Of a DNA stretch of 64,000 bases, positions 17,867 through 27,392 are shown piece by piece. Positions within the stretch are counted from its first letter, which is position 1. Every line of letters starts with the position of its first letter. The notes beneath the pieces are model-generated. The model was given only the letters and a program-made list of their open reading frames with translations, did no database searches and had not been told where the DNA came from. The position numbers were made by a program, and so were the translations under genes. Source of the stretch: an uncultured Candidatus Binatia bacterium (GTDB lineage: Bacteria > Desulfobacterota > Binatia > UBA9968 > JAJDTQ01); the NCBI GenBank assembly GCA_965215605.1, contig OZ244070.1, positions 256,001 through 320,000 on the forward strand. The letters are read 5' to 3'.

Positions 17867-18778
17867 ATGGCTGAACTGGTCAAGATAAACGTGGAGAGCG
17901 CCGAGGCGGTGCTCGGACTTCACTGGTTCGTGGCGCAGGAGGAGGGGTTGTTCGAAGAAGAAGGCATGGAGGTCGAAATCTTCCTGCCGGGCGTGCGCGA
18001 GACCAGGTTCGCCGACGACGATCCGCGCCGCACCGACCACACCCTGGTGAAGTCCACCAACTACCAGTTCCTGTACGAGCAGAAGAAGGTGGACATCATG
18101 CGGGCCTGCTCATGGGGACAGGTGCGGCGGGCCTACGACAGCGAGCGCGGCGCACCCATCTGGACCAAGCGCCCGGCAGTGGTCTGCCAGGGCATCTACG
18201 TCCTGCCCGACTCGCCGGTGAACGCGCCCATGCAGCTCGCCAACAAGAGCGTCGGCGTCCAGTACCACCAGGGATCGCACTACCACACGCTGTCCCTGCT
18301 GGAGGGCTTCGTCGCCCGGGACGAGATGAACGTGGTGCATGCCGGCACGGTGCACGAGCGGTTCGCGGCGCTGGAGAACGGCGAGGTGGACGCGGCCACC
18401 CTCATGGAGCCGTGGATCTCGCTGGCCCAGAAGCGCGGTTACAAGATGATTACCGAGGGCCACTACCTGGGGGTCGAGAACGGACCCGCCGACATGGACC
18501 CCGAGCTGCTCAAGCGCATGCTGCGGGCCATCAAGAAGTCCGTCGCCTACATCAACAAGAACCCCAGGAAGTACATCAAGCACATGCTGGCCGAGATCCC
18601 GGAGCACTACGCCAACGAGCTCACCCCGGACGACTTCTACCTGCCGCGGCTGCGCTACGTCGACCCGGAGCCCTACACCGAGGAAGAGTTCGAACGCCAG
18701 TACAAGTGGATGCTGACCTGGAACCTGATTCCCGAGGATGCGGACTACACCGAATTGGTGTGCAACGTGACCGTCTAG
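17867..18778 (+). CDS. SsuA/NMT1(THI5)-like substrate-binding-fold protein without signal peptide
   Basis: FVAQEEGLFEEEGMEVE, GSHY, GEVDAATLMEPW; no hydrophobic N-terminus. Confidence 0.75.
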   Translation: MAELVKINVESAEAVLGLHWFVAQEEGLFEEEGMEVEIFLPGVRETRFADDDPRRTDHTLVKSTNYQFLYEQKKVDIMRACSWGQVRRAYDSERGAPIWTKRPAVVCQGIYVLPDSPVNAPMQLANKSVGVQYHQGSHYHTLSLLEGFVARDEMNVVHAGTVHERFAALENGEVDAATLMEPWISLAQKRGYKMITEGHYLGVENGPADMDPELLKRMLRAIKKSVAYINKNPRKYIKHMLAEIPEHYANELTPDDFYLPRLRYVDPEPYTEEEFERQYKWMLTWNLIPEDADYTELVCNVTV

Positions 18779-18818
18779 ACGTAACGGTCCAGGAAAGACG
18801 ATGACGAAGGCCCGCGCC

Positions 18819-21221
18819 TCACTTCGAGGCGCGGGCCTTTTCGATTTCCGTCCACACCCGCTCGGGCGTGAGCGGGAGGTGGTCGAAGGTGCAGCCCAGC
18901 GGCGCCAGCGCGTTCTCCACCGCGTTGCAGATGGCCGCGGGGGCGGGAATGGCGCCGCCCTCCCCCACCCCTTTCATCCCCAGAGGCGTATACGGCGACG
19001 GCGTCACCAGGTGGTCCATGCGCACGTCGGGGATCTCCACCGCGGTGGGTTTCAGGTAGTCCACAAAGGTGGTGGCCTTGAGGTTGCCCTCCGCATCGTA
19101 GTCGAATTCCTCGAACAGCGCCGCGCCGATGCCATGGGCGGTGGCGCCCTGCACCAGCCCCTCGACGATGGACGGGTTGAGCACGGTACCGCAGTCGTGC
19201 ACCACGCCGTACTTGAGGATGGTGACGCCGCCGGTGCCGGGGTCCACCTCGACGATGACGCCGTGGGCGGCGTTGCTGGCGAAGAGCTGGTTCCGCACCC
19301 GGCGGTTCTCGTCGGGCACGTTGGCAATGTCCGGCTTGTAGTAGAAGCGGCCCTCCAGGCCGGGCTCCATGTCCGGGGGCAGCGACAGCAGGTCGCGGTA
19401 GGCCACGAAGGCCAGCTCGGCCAGGGTCTTGCGATGCTCGTGACGCTCGCGGGAGCGCACGCAGCCCTCGGCCAGTTCCAGTTGGTCCACCGGCTCCTCC
19501 AACAGGTGGGCCGCCAACTCCAGCAGCTTGCCGCGTACCTTGCGCGCGGCCCCGAGGATGGCGCCCACGTCCGTGCCGGCGAACTTGTTGGAGTAGTTGC
19601 CGGTGGCGTAGAGCCAGGGCGTCACCGAGGAGTCGAAGAAAGGCGACACCCGGACGCCGTCCATGGCCACGCCCAACTCGTCGGCGACGATCTGCGCCGC
19701 GGCAGTCTCGTGCCCCTGGCCGCTGCCCACGTCCCCCAGCAGCACCAGGATGCTGCCGTCGTGCTCCACACGCACCATGGCCGCCTCGGCCGCGCCCGAC
19801 GCGCTGCGCCGCCCGGACGACAGCATGTAGGCCGAGGCGTTGGAGGTGCTGGGCTCCAGTCCGATGGCGATGCCGATGCCGAGATACCGTCCCTGGGCAC
19901 GGGCCTCCCGCTGCTCCCGGAGAAAGTCCTGGTAGTCGATGAGCGGCAAGAGCTTGTCCAGGGTGCCGGCGAAGTCGCCGCTGTCGATCAGCGCGCCGCT
20001 GGGGCCGGTGTAGGGCATGGCCTCGGGCGGCACCAGGTTCCTGCGCCGCAACTCGATGGGGTCCATGCCGAGTTGCCCGGCCATGTAGTCCATCATCCGC
20101 TCCATGGCCAGACACATGAACGGCTTGCCGATGCCCCGGTTGGCGCCCGACGGGCACTTGTTGGTCATCACCGAGTTGACCTCGTAGCGCACCACCGGGA
20201 TGCGGTAGCAGTTGGTGAGGTTGCCGAGCTTCAGGATCGAATGCACCGTGGGGTTCAGGACGTTGGCGCCCTCGTCGGCGATGTCCCGCACCTTCAGGCC
20301 GAGGATGTGGCCGTCCTCGTCCAGCGCCGCCTCCAGGTCCATGACCCCGTTGCAGGCGTGGATCAACGCCATGAGGTTCTCGCGGCGGTCCTCCAGGTAG
20401 TGCGCCGGCTTGCCGCCGCTCAGCCTGGACAGGAGCGCCGCGATGATCAGGTAGTGGGCCTTGCGCTTGTTGCCGAAGCCGCCGCCCACGTCGGGCGTGA
20501 CGAAACGGATCTGGGAGTGGGTGAGGCCCAGGCTGTGGGCGACGATGGGCATGGCCTGGCCAGGCCGCTGGTCGTTGGACCAGATGGTGAGTTGTTCCCG
20601 GTGGTCGTCGTAGACCGCGGTGCAGCCGAAGGTCTCAAGCGCGGTGGAGGAGTACCGCTGGATGAAGAAGCGCTTCTTCAACACCCGGGCGGCGCGGCCG
20701 AAGGCCTCGTCGGCGTCGCCGTAGTCGAAGCGGTCCTGCCACATGACGTTGGTGCCCATGGACTCGAACAGGAGCGGCGCGTCCGGCTCCATGGCCGCCT
20801 CGGGGTCCACCGCCGCGGGCAGCGGCTCGTATTCCACCCGGATCTTCTCCAGCGCGTCTTCCGCCAGGTATCGGCTGGCGGCCAGGATGGCGGCCACCGG
20901 CTCGCCCACGTGGGTCACCTTGCCGTAGGCCAGGCAGTAGGCGTCGAGCTGGACGGGAATGGGGATGAGGGAGCGGAGCGGCTCGCTCATGCGCGCCGCG
21001 TCCTCGCCGGTGAGGCCGCACACCACGCCGGGCATGGCCAGCGCCTCGCTCAAGTCCACCTCCCGGATGCGGGCGTGAGCGTGGACGCTCCGCAGCAACG
21101 CGACGTGGAGCGTGTCCGGGAACTTCATGTCGTCGATGTAGGTGCCCCGGCCGGTGGAAAATCTCAGGTCCTCGCGGAGCCGAACCGCCTGACCCTTCCA
21201 TTGCGTGGAGGATGCTTCCAT
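18819..21221 (-). CDS. Xanthine dehydrogenase family molybdopterin-binding large subunit (CoxL-like, not a true CODH)
   Basis: REDLRFSTGRGTYIDD, DVGGGFGNK, GANRGIG, GQGHET, KGVGEGG. Confidence 0.92.
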   Translation of the reverse strand: MEASSTQWKGQAVRLREDLRFSTGRGTYIDDMKFPDTLHVALLRSVHAHARIREVDLSEALAMPGVVCGLTGEDAARMSEPLRSLIPIPVQLDAYCLAYGKVTHVGEPVAAILAASRYLAEDALEKIRVEYEPLPAAVDPEAAMEPDAPLLFESMGTNVMWQDRFDYGDADEAFGRAARVLKKRFFIQRYSSTALETFGCTAVYDDHREQLTIWSNDQRPGQAMPIVAHSLGLTHSQIRFVTPDVGGGFGNKRKAHYLIIAALLSRLSGGKPAHYLEDRRENLMALIHACNGVMDLEAALDEDGHILGLKVRDIADEGANVLNPTVHSILKLGNLTNCYRIPVVRYEVNSVMTNKCPSGANRGIGKPFMCLAMERMMDYMAGQLGMDPIELRRRNLVPPEAMPYTGPSGALIDSGDFAGTLDKLLPLIDYQDFLREQREARAQGRYLGIGIAIGLEPSTSNASAYMLSSGRRSASGAAEAAMVRVEHDGSILVLLGDVGSGQGHETAAAQIVADELGVAMDGVRVSPFFDSSVTPWLYATGNYSNKFAGTDVGAILGAARKVRGKLLELAAHLLEEPVDQLELAEGCVRSRERHEHRKTLAELAFVAYRDLLSLPPDMEPGLEGRFYYKPDIANVPDENRRVRNQLFASNAAHGVIVEVDPGTGGVTILKYGVVHDCGTVLNPSIVEGLVQGATAHGIGAALFEEFDYDAEGNLKATTFVDYLKPTAVEIPDVRMDHLVTPSPYTPLGMKGVGEGGAIPAPAAICNAVENALAPLGCTFDHLPLTPERVWTEIEKARASK

Positions 21222-21230
21222 CGGAAACGA

Positions 21231-21731
21231 TCAGCCTTTCATGCGCGGCGCGGCGGCGCGCACCGCCCGGATGATGCCGGCATAACCGGTGCACATGCAG
21301 AGATTGCCGGACAGGGCCTCGCGCACCTGAACCTCGGTGGGGTCGGGGCAGCGCTTCAGCAGGTCCACGGCGGCCAGCAGCATGCCCGGCGTGCAGAAGC
21401 CGCACTGGAGCGCGTGGTGGTCCACGAACGCCTGTTGCAGCGGGCTCAACTCCTCCTCGCCGCCGAGGCCCTCCACCGTGACGATCTCGTGACCGTCCGC
21501 CTGCACCGCGAAGAGGATGCACGACCGGATCACCTCGCCGTCCATCAGCACCGAGCAGGCGCCGCAGACGCCGTGCTCGCAGCCCACGTGGACGCCGGTG
21601 AAGCCCGCATCCTCCCGCAGGAAATCGGCGAGGGTCTTGCGCACCTCCACCTCGCCCTGCCAGCGCGTTCCGTTAACCGTCACCGAAATGGCGCGCCTGT
21701 CCGCCGGTTGATCCGTCAATTGCGACTCCAT
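21231..21731 (-). CDS. (2Fe-2S)-binding small subunit (CoxS-like)
   Basis: GCEHGVCGAC, QCGFCTPG, NLCMCTGY. Confidence 0.94.
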   Translation of the reverse strand: MESQLTDQPADRRAISVTVNGTRWQGEVEVRKTLADFLREDAGFTGVHVGCEHGVCGACSVLMDGEVIRSCILFAVQADGHEIVTVEGLGGEEELSPLQQAFVDHHALQCGFCTPGMLLAAVDLLKRCPDPTEVQVREALSGNLCMCTGYAGIIRAVRAAAPRMKG

Positions 21732-22597
21732 CGCTCCAGCGCCTGGGCCACCGCGCGCTTCACCAGCACCGCGGCAAGCCGGCGCTGGTAGGGGGTGGCG
21801 TCGGCGTGGACCGGCAGTTCTTCCAGCGCCGCTGCCGCAATCCCTTCCACCTCTTCCACCACTTCGCGTTGCCGGGCATCGTCAGCCCCGGAAACCCCAG
21901 CCGTCGCCACCAGACGCTCCACCGCACCGAGCCGGGAAGGCGTCCAGGCCGGCCCCGCCGCCGCCACCCGCGCTCCGCTCACGGTTCCGTTGCCCTCCAG
22001 CACCACGGCGGCCTCCGCCAAGGCGAAGTCGCCGTGACGGCGGCTGAACTCCACGAAGCTCGCGGCCGGCGGCGCCACCGGCACCCTCACCTCCACCAGG
22101 ATCTCCCCGGATGACAGCGCCGTCTCGTAGGGCCCAAGGAAGAACTCGCCGGCGCCTACCACCCGTTCACCTCCCGCGCCGGCCAGCACCAGATCGGCTC
22201 CCAGTGCCATCATCACGCAGGGCAGTTCCGCTACAGGATCGGCGTGGGCCAAGCTGCCGCCGACGGTGCCGCGGTTGCGGATGGCCGGATGCCCCACCTG
22301 GGTCAGCGCCTCGACGATGATCGGACAGCGCTCCGCCAGCAGCGCCGAGAACTCCGCCTCCCGCTGCCGGGTCATGGCGCCGATGCGGAGCCGGTCGCCG
22401 TCCTCGCGAATATAGGAAAGACCATCCACCCGATTCAGATCCACCAGGACCTCGGGATAGGCCAGCCGCAGGTTGAGCAGCGGAACCAGGCTCTGGCCCC
22501 CGGCCAGGACGCGCGCATCCCCCGGCGCTTCCCGCAGGAGATCCAGCGCTTCGGACAGGGACCGGGGCGTATGGTAACGGAACGGCGGCGGTTTCAT
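21716..22597 (-). CDS. FAD-binding medium subunit (CoxM-like)
   Basis: MKPPPFRYHTP, LAGGQSL, IRNRGTVGGS, RRHGDFAL. Confidence 0.92.
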   Translation of the reverse strand: MKPPPFRYHTPRSLSEALDLLREAPGDARVLAGGQSLVPLLNLRLAYPEVLVDLNRVDGLSYIREDGDRLRIGAMTRQREAEFSALLAERCPIIVEALTQVGHPAIRNRGTVGGSLAHADPVAELPCVMMALGADLVLAGAGGERVVGAGEFFLGPYETALSSGEILVEVRVPVAPPAASFVEFSRRHGDFALAEAAVVLEGNGTVSGARVAAAGPAWTPSRLGAVERLVATAGVSGADDARQREVVEEVEGIAAAALEELPVHADATPYQRRLAAVLVKRAVAQALERWSRN

Positions 22598-22710
22598 GAC
22601 GGGAGGCTTACAGGAATTGCGAAAAGTGACAGGGTGCAGACACAGCAAGCTACCGTAGCGGCCCTCGTAACGGCCGTCAAGTACCAGCTTGGGCGATCCC
22701 GGTCCCCTCT

Positions 22711-22740
22711 CCGTCATCCCGGGCTCGACCCGGGATCCAG
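22711..22740. repeat. REP-like palindrome
   Basis: CCGTC-ATCCCGGG-CTCGA-CCCGGGAT-CCAG; GTCA-headed hairpin. Confidence 0.6.
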
Positions 22741-22821
22741 AGGTGGGTGTGATGAGAGGGGGCGGCTCTCCCGGCTGCCTCGTTTGCCTATGCCCTCCGT
22801 ATCGGCTAGACGGGAATCTGC

Positions 22822-23685
22822 ATGCGCCCCGAAATCGTTCCGTTCCTCTCCGCCATGGGCTGGGCCGTGGACTCGATCATGGTGCGCAAGGGCGCACGCA
22901 CGTCGAGCGTTCTCAGCGCGGCCTTCCTGAGCTACGTGGTGACCACCGTCCTGATGTGGTCGTACGTGGCGATCAACTTCCCGTTGTCGATCGTGCGCTC
23001 CCGCGCGGCCTTCTACTTCATGACCAGCGGCACCCTGCAGCCCCTGCTGGCGCGGATCTTTCTCTACATCGGGATCGAGCGCCTGGGGGTCGCCCGGGCC
23101 ATGCCCCTCCGCGGCATCGGGCCGCTCTTTTCCGTGGCCATCGCGGTGATGTTTCTCGCCGAACGCCCGGTCGCCTCGGTCTATCTCGGGGGGCTCTTCA
23201 TCGTCGCCGGCGGTTGGATGGTGCTGTACCGCAAGGGCTCCACCAAGCGCGACTGGCGGCTCCTCGACGCCCTCTACCCGGTCATGGCGGCATTCCTGGC
23301 GGGGGTTTCGCAGAACTTCCGCAAGGCCGGCCTGCTCATCCTGCCCAACCCGTTCGTGGCCGGCGCCGTGACCACCGGCACCTCGCTCACCATCTTCGTG
23401 GTCTACCTGTGGATCAAGCGGCAGTTCTCGGAGGTCATTCCGAGCCGGGAAAGCGTGCCCTACTTCGTGCCCACCGCCTTCGTCTCGGCCATCTCCCAAT
23501 TGCTGGTGTTCACCTCCCTGAACCTCGGCGACGTGTCGGTGATGATCCCGCTGCTCAACACCACCCCCCTCTTCTCCCTCATCTTCAGCGCAATCTTCCT
23601 GCGGGATCTCGAGAGAATCACGGTCCCCATCGTCCTCGGGGCGCTGTCTCTGCTGGGCGGCGCGGCTCTCATCACCGCGCGCTAG
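22822..23685 (+). CDS. EamA/DMT family transporter
   Basis: About 10 TM in two repeats, FLAERP and IFLRDLERIT. Confidence 0.85.
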   Translation: MRPEIVPFLSAMGWAVDSIMVRKGARTSSVLSAAFLSYVVTTVLMWSYVAINFPLSIVRSRAAFYFMTSGTLQPLLARIFLYIGIERLGVARAMPLRGIGPLFSVAIAVMFLAERPVASVYLGGLFIVAGGWMVLYRKGSTKRDWRLLDALYPVMAAFLAGVSQNFRKAGLLILPNPFVAGAVTTGTSLTIFVVYLWIKRQFSEVIPSRESVPYFVPTAFVSAISQLLVFTSLNLGDVSVMIPLLNTTPLFSLIFSAIFLRDLERITVPIVLGALSLLGGAALITAR

Positions 23686-23814
23686 TGACCTGTCCCACTC
23701 CGAGGAGATACCGGAATCGGCCACCGCGAGGCACAACCCGTTGACACGCAAGGGCCAGCCACACCTGACGCCACTCCTTCCAGGCGTCCGGTGCGAGCCT
23801 TTGAGACAGGCGGG

Positions 23815-24783
23815 TCAGTCCACCCGGTTCCGCCGCTCGCCGCGCCGGAACGCCTGGACGTTCTCGAACACTTCGTCCATCAGGCGCTGGCGGGTCTCGC
23901 GGGCGGCCCAGGCGCAGTGGGGAGTGATCAGGAGGTTGTCCAGCCGGGCCGCCGCCTCCATCATCGGATGACCCTCGTCCGGCGGTTCCTGGGAGATGAC
24001 GTCCAGGGCCGCGCCCGCGATCCACTCCTGCTCCAACGCCTCGATCAGGGCCGCCTCCTCCACCAGCCCGCCGCGTGCGGTATTGACGAGGTAGGCGGTG
24101 GGTTTCATCAGGGACAGCGTGTGCGGGTTGATGAAGCCTTCGGTGAGAGGCGTCAGCGGACAATGCAGGCTCACGAAGTCGGCCTGCCGCAGCAGTGCCT
24201 CCACCGACATCCGGTCCGGCTGCGGCGGGTCCTCCCCCACCCGGCCGGCCACGATCACCTTCAGCCCGAAGACCCGGGCCATCTCCGCCACCTTGCGCCC
24301 GATGTTGCCGTAACCGACGATGCCCAGCACCCGCCCCTGGAGCTCGAAGCTCGGGTAGTCGTGGCGGGTGAAGATGGTGCTCTCCTGCCAGTGGCCCATG
24401 CGCGTTCCCTGGGCATAGCGTGCCGCCTGGGTAGCCAGTTCCAGGATCAGTGCCAGGGTGTACTGGGCCACCGCCGTGGTGGCGTAGCCCGGGACGTTGC
24501 ACACGGCGATGCCGCGTTCCCTGGCGCAGGCGACGTCGACGTTGTCCGTGCCGGTGGCGCCGACGGCGATCAACTCCAGCTTCGCCGCCGAAGGGTGCTC
24601 CAGCCGCGGCCGGTCGAGGACGAACTTGTTGATGACCGCGCACTGGCGGCCCTTGAGCCGCGCGGGCCACTCGCCGGCCTCCGTGAGCTCGTACACCTCG
24701 CAGCCGCCGGCTTGCTCGAACCGGTCCAGCGAGAGGACCCCGAAGGTCGCCGCGTCCAGAAACGTCACGCGGAACCCGCTCAC
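23815..24783 (-). CDS. D-2-hydroxyacid dehydrogenase (glycerate dehydrogenase/hydroxypyruvate reductase-like)
   Basis: ATGTDNVD, GIVGYGNIG, SLHCPL, NTARGG, TPHCAW. Confidence 0.92.
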   Translation of the reverse strand: MSGFRVTFLDAATFGVLSLDRFEQAGGCEVYELTEAGEWPARLKGRQCAVINKFVLDRPRLEHPSAAKLELIAVGATGTDNVDVACARERGIAVCNVPGYATTAVAQYTLALILELATQAARYAQGTRMGHWQESTIFTRHDYPSFELQGRVLGIVGYGNIGRKVAEMARVFGLKVIVAGRVGEDPPQPDRMSVEALLRQADFVSLHCPLTPLTEGFINPHTLSLMKPTAYLVNTARGGLVEEAALIEALEQEWIAGAALDVISQEPPDEGHPMMEAAARLDNLLITPHCAWAARETRQRLMDEVFENVQAFRRGERRNRVD

Positions 24784-25298
24784 GGCCGTTCCTTCCCTCC
24801 GGGGCCGATCTCATCCTGGTAATACGGCACCTCGGTCCCCTTCTTGTAGATGCCGCGGAACGGCTTTCCGCCTCCCGCCCCCGGGCCGGCGTAAACCCCC
24901 ACCTTGCCGGAGTCCGGGTAGTGCACGATGTCCGGATACTGCATGGTGCTCACGCACAGGTAGCGCAGGTCCGCCCCGGACGTGTTGACGAGCTGGTGGG
25001 CCATCTCCACGCCGCCCGGGCAGGCGATGAACGTGCCGGCTCGCACCGCCACCTCCTCGTCGCCGAACCGAAGCGTCCCCTCGCCCTCCAGGATGCAGAT
25101 CAGCTCCTCGTTGAGGGTGTGGACGTGAATCGGAAACGCGGTCTTGCCCGGGGGAACGGAAAAGAGCCCATAGCCCAGTTTTTGCGCGCCCACGGCCAGA
25201 CCGACCCGCTGCCGTGTGCCGCCGAAAGACGTGCCCTCCGGGGCCGAGATGGGCTCCTCGGGGACATCGGAAACGTGAACGATATGCTTGTGGCTCAT
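24780..25298 (-). CDS. Cupin domain protein
   Basis: HVHTLNEELICILEGEG...AHQLVN, YPDSGK. Confidence 0.88.
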   Translation of the reverse strand: MSHKHIVHVSDVPEEPISAPEGTSFGGTRQRVGLAVGAQKLGYGLFSVPPGKTAFPIHVHTLNEELICILEGEGTLRFGDEEVAVRAGTFIACPGGVEMAHQLVNTSGADLRYLCVSTMQYPDIVHYPDSGKVGVYAGPGAGGGKPFRGIYKKGTEVPYYQDEIGPGGKERP

Positions 25299-25402
25299 GG
25301 GTGGTCCTCCCTGACGTTCCTTGTAAACCATTCACGGCGATGGATCAGGCTTGCGCGGACTGGCCGGTTTCGTTCGAAGTGCTGCATTGCTACGGTCCCG
25401 CC

Positions 25403-26023
25403 ATGAGCCTGCTGCTCGCCTATGCCATGGGGTTCTCCGTCGCCTCCATGCCGGGTCCCATCCTCGCCCTCATCGCCACCGAGACGCTGCGCAGGGGCGC
25501 GTGGCCGGGCGCGCAGACGGCGCTGGCGCCCATGTGCGTGGACGCCTGCGTCATGCTGCCGCTGGTCATGGCGCTCCAGTCCTCGGTCCCGTCGGGTGCC
25601 GGCGCCGTGGTCATCGGCCTAGCCGGCGGCGCGTTCCTGTTGTGGCTCGGACTTCAGTCCCTCCGCGCCGGACCGGCGCCCGTGGTACCGGCCGCCCGCC
25701 ACGGCTCACGAACGCTGCCCCCCTTTCTCAAGAGCGTTCTGACCCAGCTCATGAATCCCTATGCCTACATCTTCTGGGGCACCGTGGGGTTCGCGTTCGT
25801 GCGCGACGGTTTCGAGGCCCACGGCCTGAGGGGCGCGCTGTCGTTTCCCGCCGGTTTCTGGCTCGGGGCCGGCACCATGAACTTCCTGGTGGTGTATCTC
25901 GTGAGCCGGGGCAGGCGCTACCTGCCGGCCCGCACGGAGCCTTACGTGCACGTCTTCTCGGGCATCCTGCTGATCGCGGCCGGGGCGTTCCTGGTCTGGG
26001 CCGTGTTCAGCGACCACCTGTAA
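25403..26023 (+). CDS. LysE family translocator
   Basis: MPGPI, LMNPYAYIFW, six TM segments. Confidence 0.82.
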   Translation: MSLLLAYAMGFSVASMPGPILALIATETLRRGAWPGAQTALAPMCVDACVMLPLVMALQSSVPSGAGAVVIGLAGGAFLLWLGLQSLRAGPAPVVPAARHGSRTLPPFLKSVLTQLMNPYAYIFWGTVGFAFVRDGFEAHGLRGALSFPAGFWLGAGTMNFLVVYLVSRGRRYLPARTEPYVHVFSGILLIAAGAFLVWAVFSDHL

Positions 26024-26039
26024 CCCGCCGCGGCACGGC

Positions 26040-26864
26040 TCATCCGGCCTTCTCCCCTTGTCCGAGGGTCTTGGCCTCGTCCCACAACGCGTCCATTTCC
26101 TCGAAGGACGCCTCGCCCACGGTCTTGCCACGGGCCGCGAGCTCCCTTTCGATGTGGGCGAAGCGCTTGTGGAAACGCTCAATGGTGCCCGCCAGCGCCT
26201 CTTCCGCCTGGACCTTCAGGAACCGGCTCAGATTGACCACCGAGAACAGCACGTCCCCGAGCTCCGCCTCCACGCGAGACGCTTCGCCGCTTGCGGCCGC
26301 CTCCCTCAGTTCCTCCAACTCTTCCTCGACCTTGCGCCACACGGGTTCCGCGTCCGGCCAGTCGAACCCGACCCCGGCGGCCTTGTCGCCGATGCGCTGG
26401 GCCCGGGCCAGCGCCGGCATGGCCCGGGGCACGGACGTGAAGAGGGAATGCCCCTGGGCGCCGTCCGAGGACTTCTCCAGCGCCTTGACCTTCTCCCAGT
26501 TCCGCAGCACCGCGCCCGAGTCCGCGGCCTGCTCGCCGCCGAAGACATGCGGGTGCCGCCGCACCAGCTTGTCCCGCAGGCCGGTCACCACCTCCCCGAT
26601 GGCGAACCGATCCTCCTCGCCGGCCATCTGGGCATGGAACAGCACCTGCAGCAGAACATCGCCGAGCTCGTCCTGAATGGCGGAGTCGTCATTTTCGTCG
26701 ATGGCTTCCAGGAGCTCGTAGGTCTCTTCCAGGGCGTAGCGCTTGAGCGACGCGTGAGTCTGCTCCCGGTCCCACGGGCACCCGTCCTTGCCCCGCAAAC
26801 GGGCCATGACTCCGACGAGCTCCTCGAAAAGCTCGCCCGTGTTCTTCTGCCTTCCGTCGCCCAC
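26040..26864 (-). CDS. mazG: Nucleoside triphosphate pyrophosphohydrolase MazG
   Basis: LRGKDGCPWDREQT, EETYE, DELGDVLLQV, RRHPHVFG, GFDW; start uncertain (26864 or 26903). Confidence 0.93.
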   Translation of the reverse strand: MGDGRQKNTGELFEELVGVMARLRGKDGCPWDREQTHASLKRYALEETYELLEAIDENDDSAIQDELGDVLLQVLFHAQMAGEEDRFAIGEVVTGLRDKLVRRHPHVFGGEQAADSGAVLRNWEKVKALEKSSDGAQGHSLFTSVPRAMPALARAQRIGDKAAGVGFDWPDAEPVWRKVEEELEELREAAASGEASRVEAELGDVLFSVVNLSRFLKVQAEEALAGTIERFHKRFAHIERELAARGKTVGEASFEEMDALWDEAKTLGQGEKAG

Positions 26865-26875
26865 GCGAAATCCGT

Positions 26876-27265
26876 CTAGTCTTCCCGGGGCGCCCCGACC
26901 CATCCGGTATCGGAGACGTCGATCTCCTGCTCGTCCGGGCCGGTGACCTTGACCTCGAAATAGGACTGGGGGTGGGACGGGTCCGTGGGATTGATCCGCG
27001 CCATGTCCGTAAGCTGCCCGCCGCCCAGCCCCGCGACCCGCTCCACCGCCTTCTCGAGGTTGTCCACCTGAAAACCGAAATGGTCCACGCCCGCGGGCGA
27101 GGTCGGCGTCCTCAGGTTCAGGATCGCCATATTGATGTGGCCGTCGGACAGGTAGACGCCGCTCCGTCCCTTGCCTACCTCCTGGAGGTCGAACGCCTCT
27201 TTGTAGAACGCCGCCGTCTTGGCCACGTCGCGGGTCCTTATCGCAATGTGCTTGAGTCGCGCCAT
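26876..27265 (-). CDS. VOC/glyoxalase family protein
   Basis: LKHIAIRT...FYKEAF, VDHFGFQV. Confidence 0.85.
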   Translation of the reverse strand: MARLKHIAIRTRDVAKTAAFYKEAFDLQEVGKGRSGVYLSDGHINMAILNLRTPTSPAGVDHFGFQVDNLEKAVERVAGLGGGQLTDMARINPTDPSHPQSYFEVKVTGPDEQEIDVSDTGWVGAPRED

Positions 27266-27392
27266 GTCACCCTCCCGTGAACAGGTTTCTGGGCCACACT
27301 CTATAGCAAAACCGGCCAAGTTTCATTCCTTCTCCGAGCTCGTCCGGCGTCGTCGCTCACAAATGCGGTGGTGAACCGCTAGACTCCGCTCC

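Noticed and set aside
18801-21791. 996-aa plus-strand ORF, and similar long ORFs such as 1906-3402, 29847-31700, 32284-33978 and 60694-62436
   Set aside because: Antisense shadows of well-supported genes; high GC depletes stop codons and they show no family motifs.
18819-22597. Aerobic CO dehydrogenase call
   Set aside because: Lacks the AYxCSFR active-site motif and the cox accessory genes.
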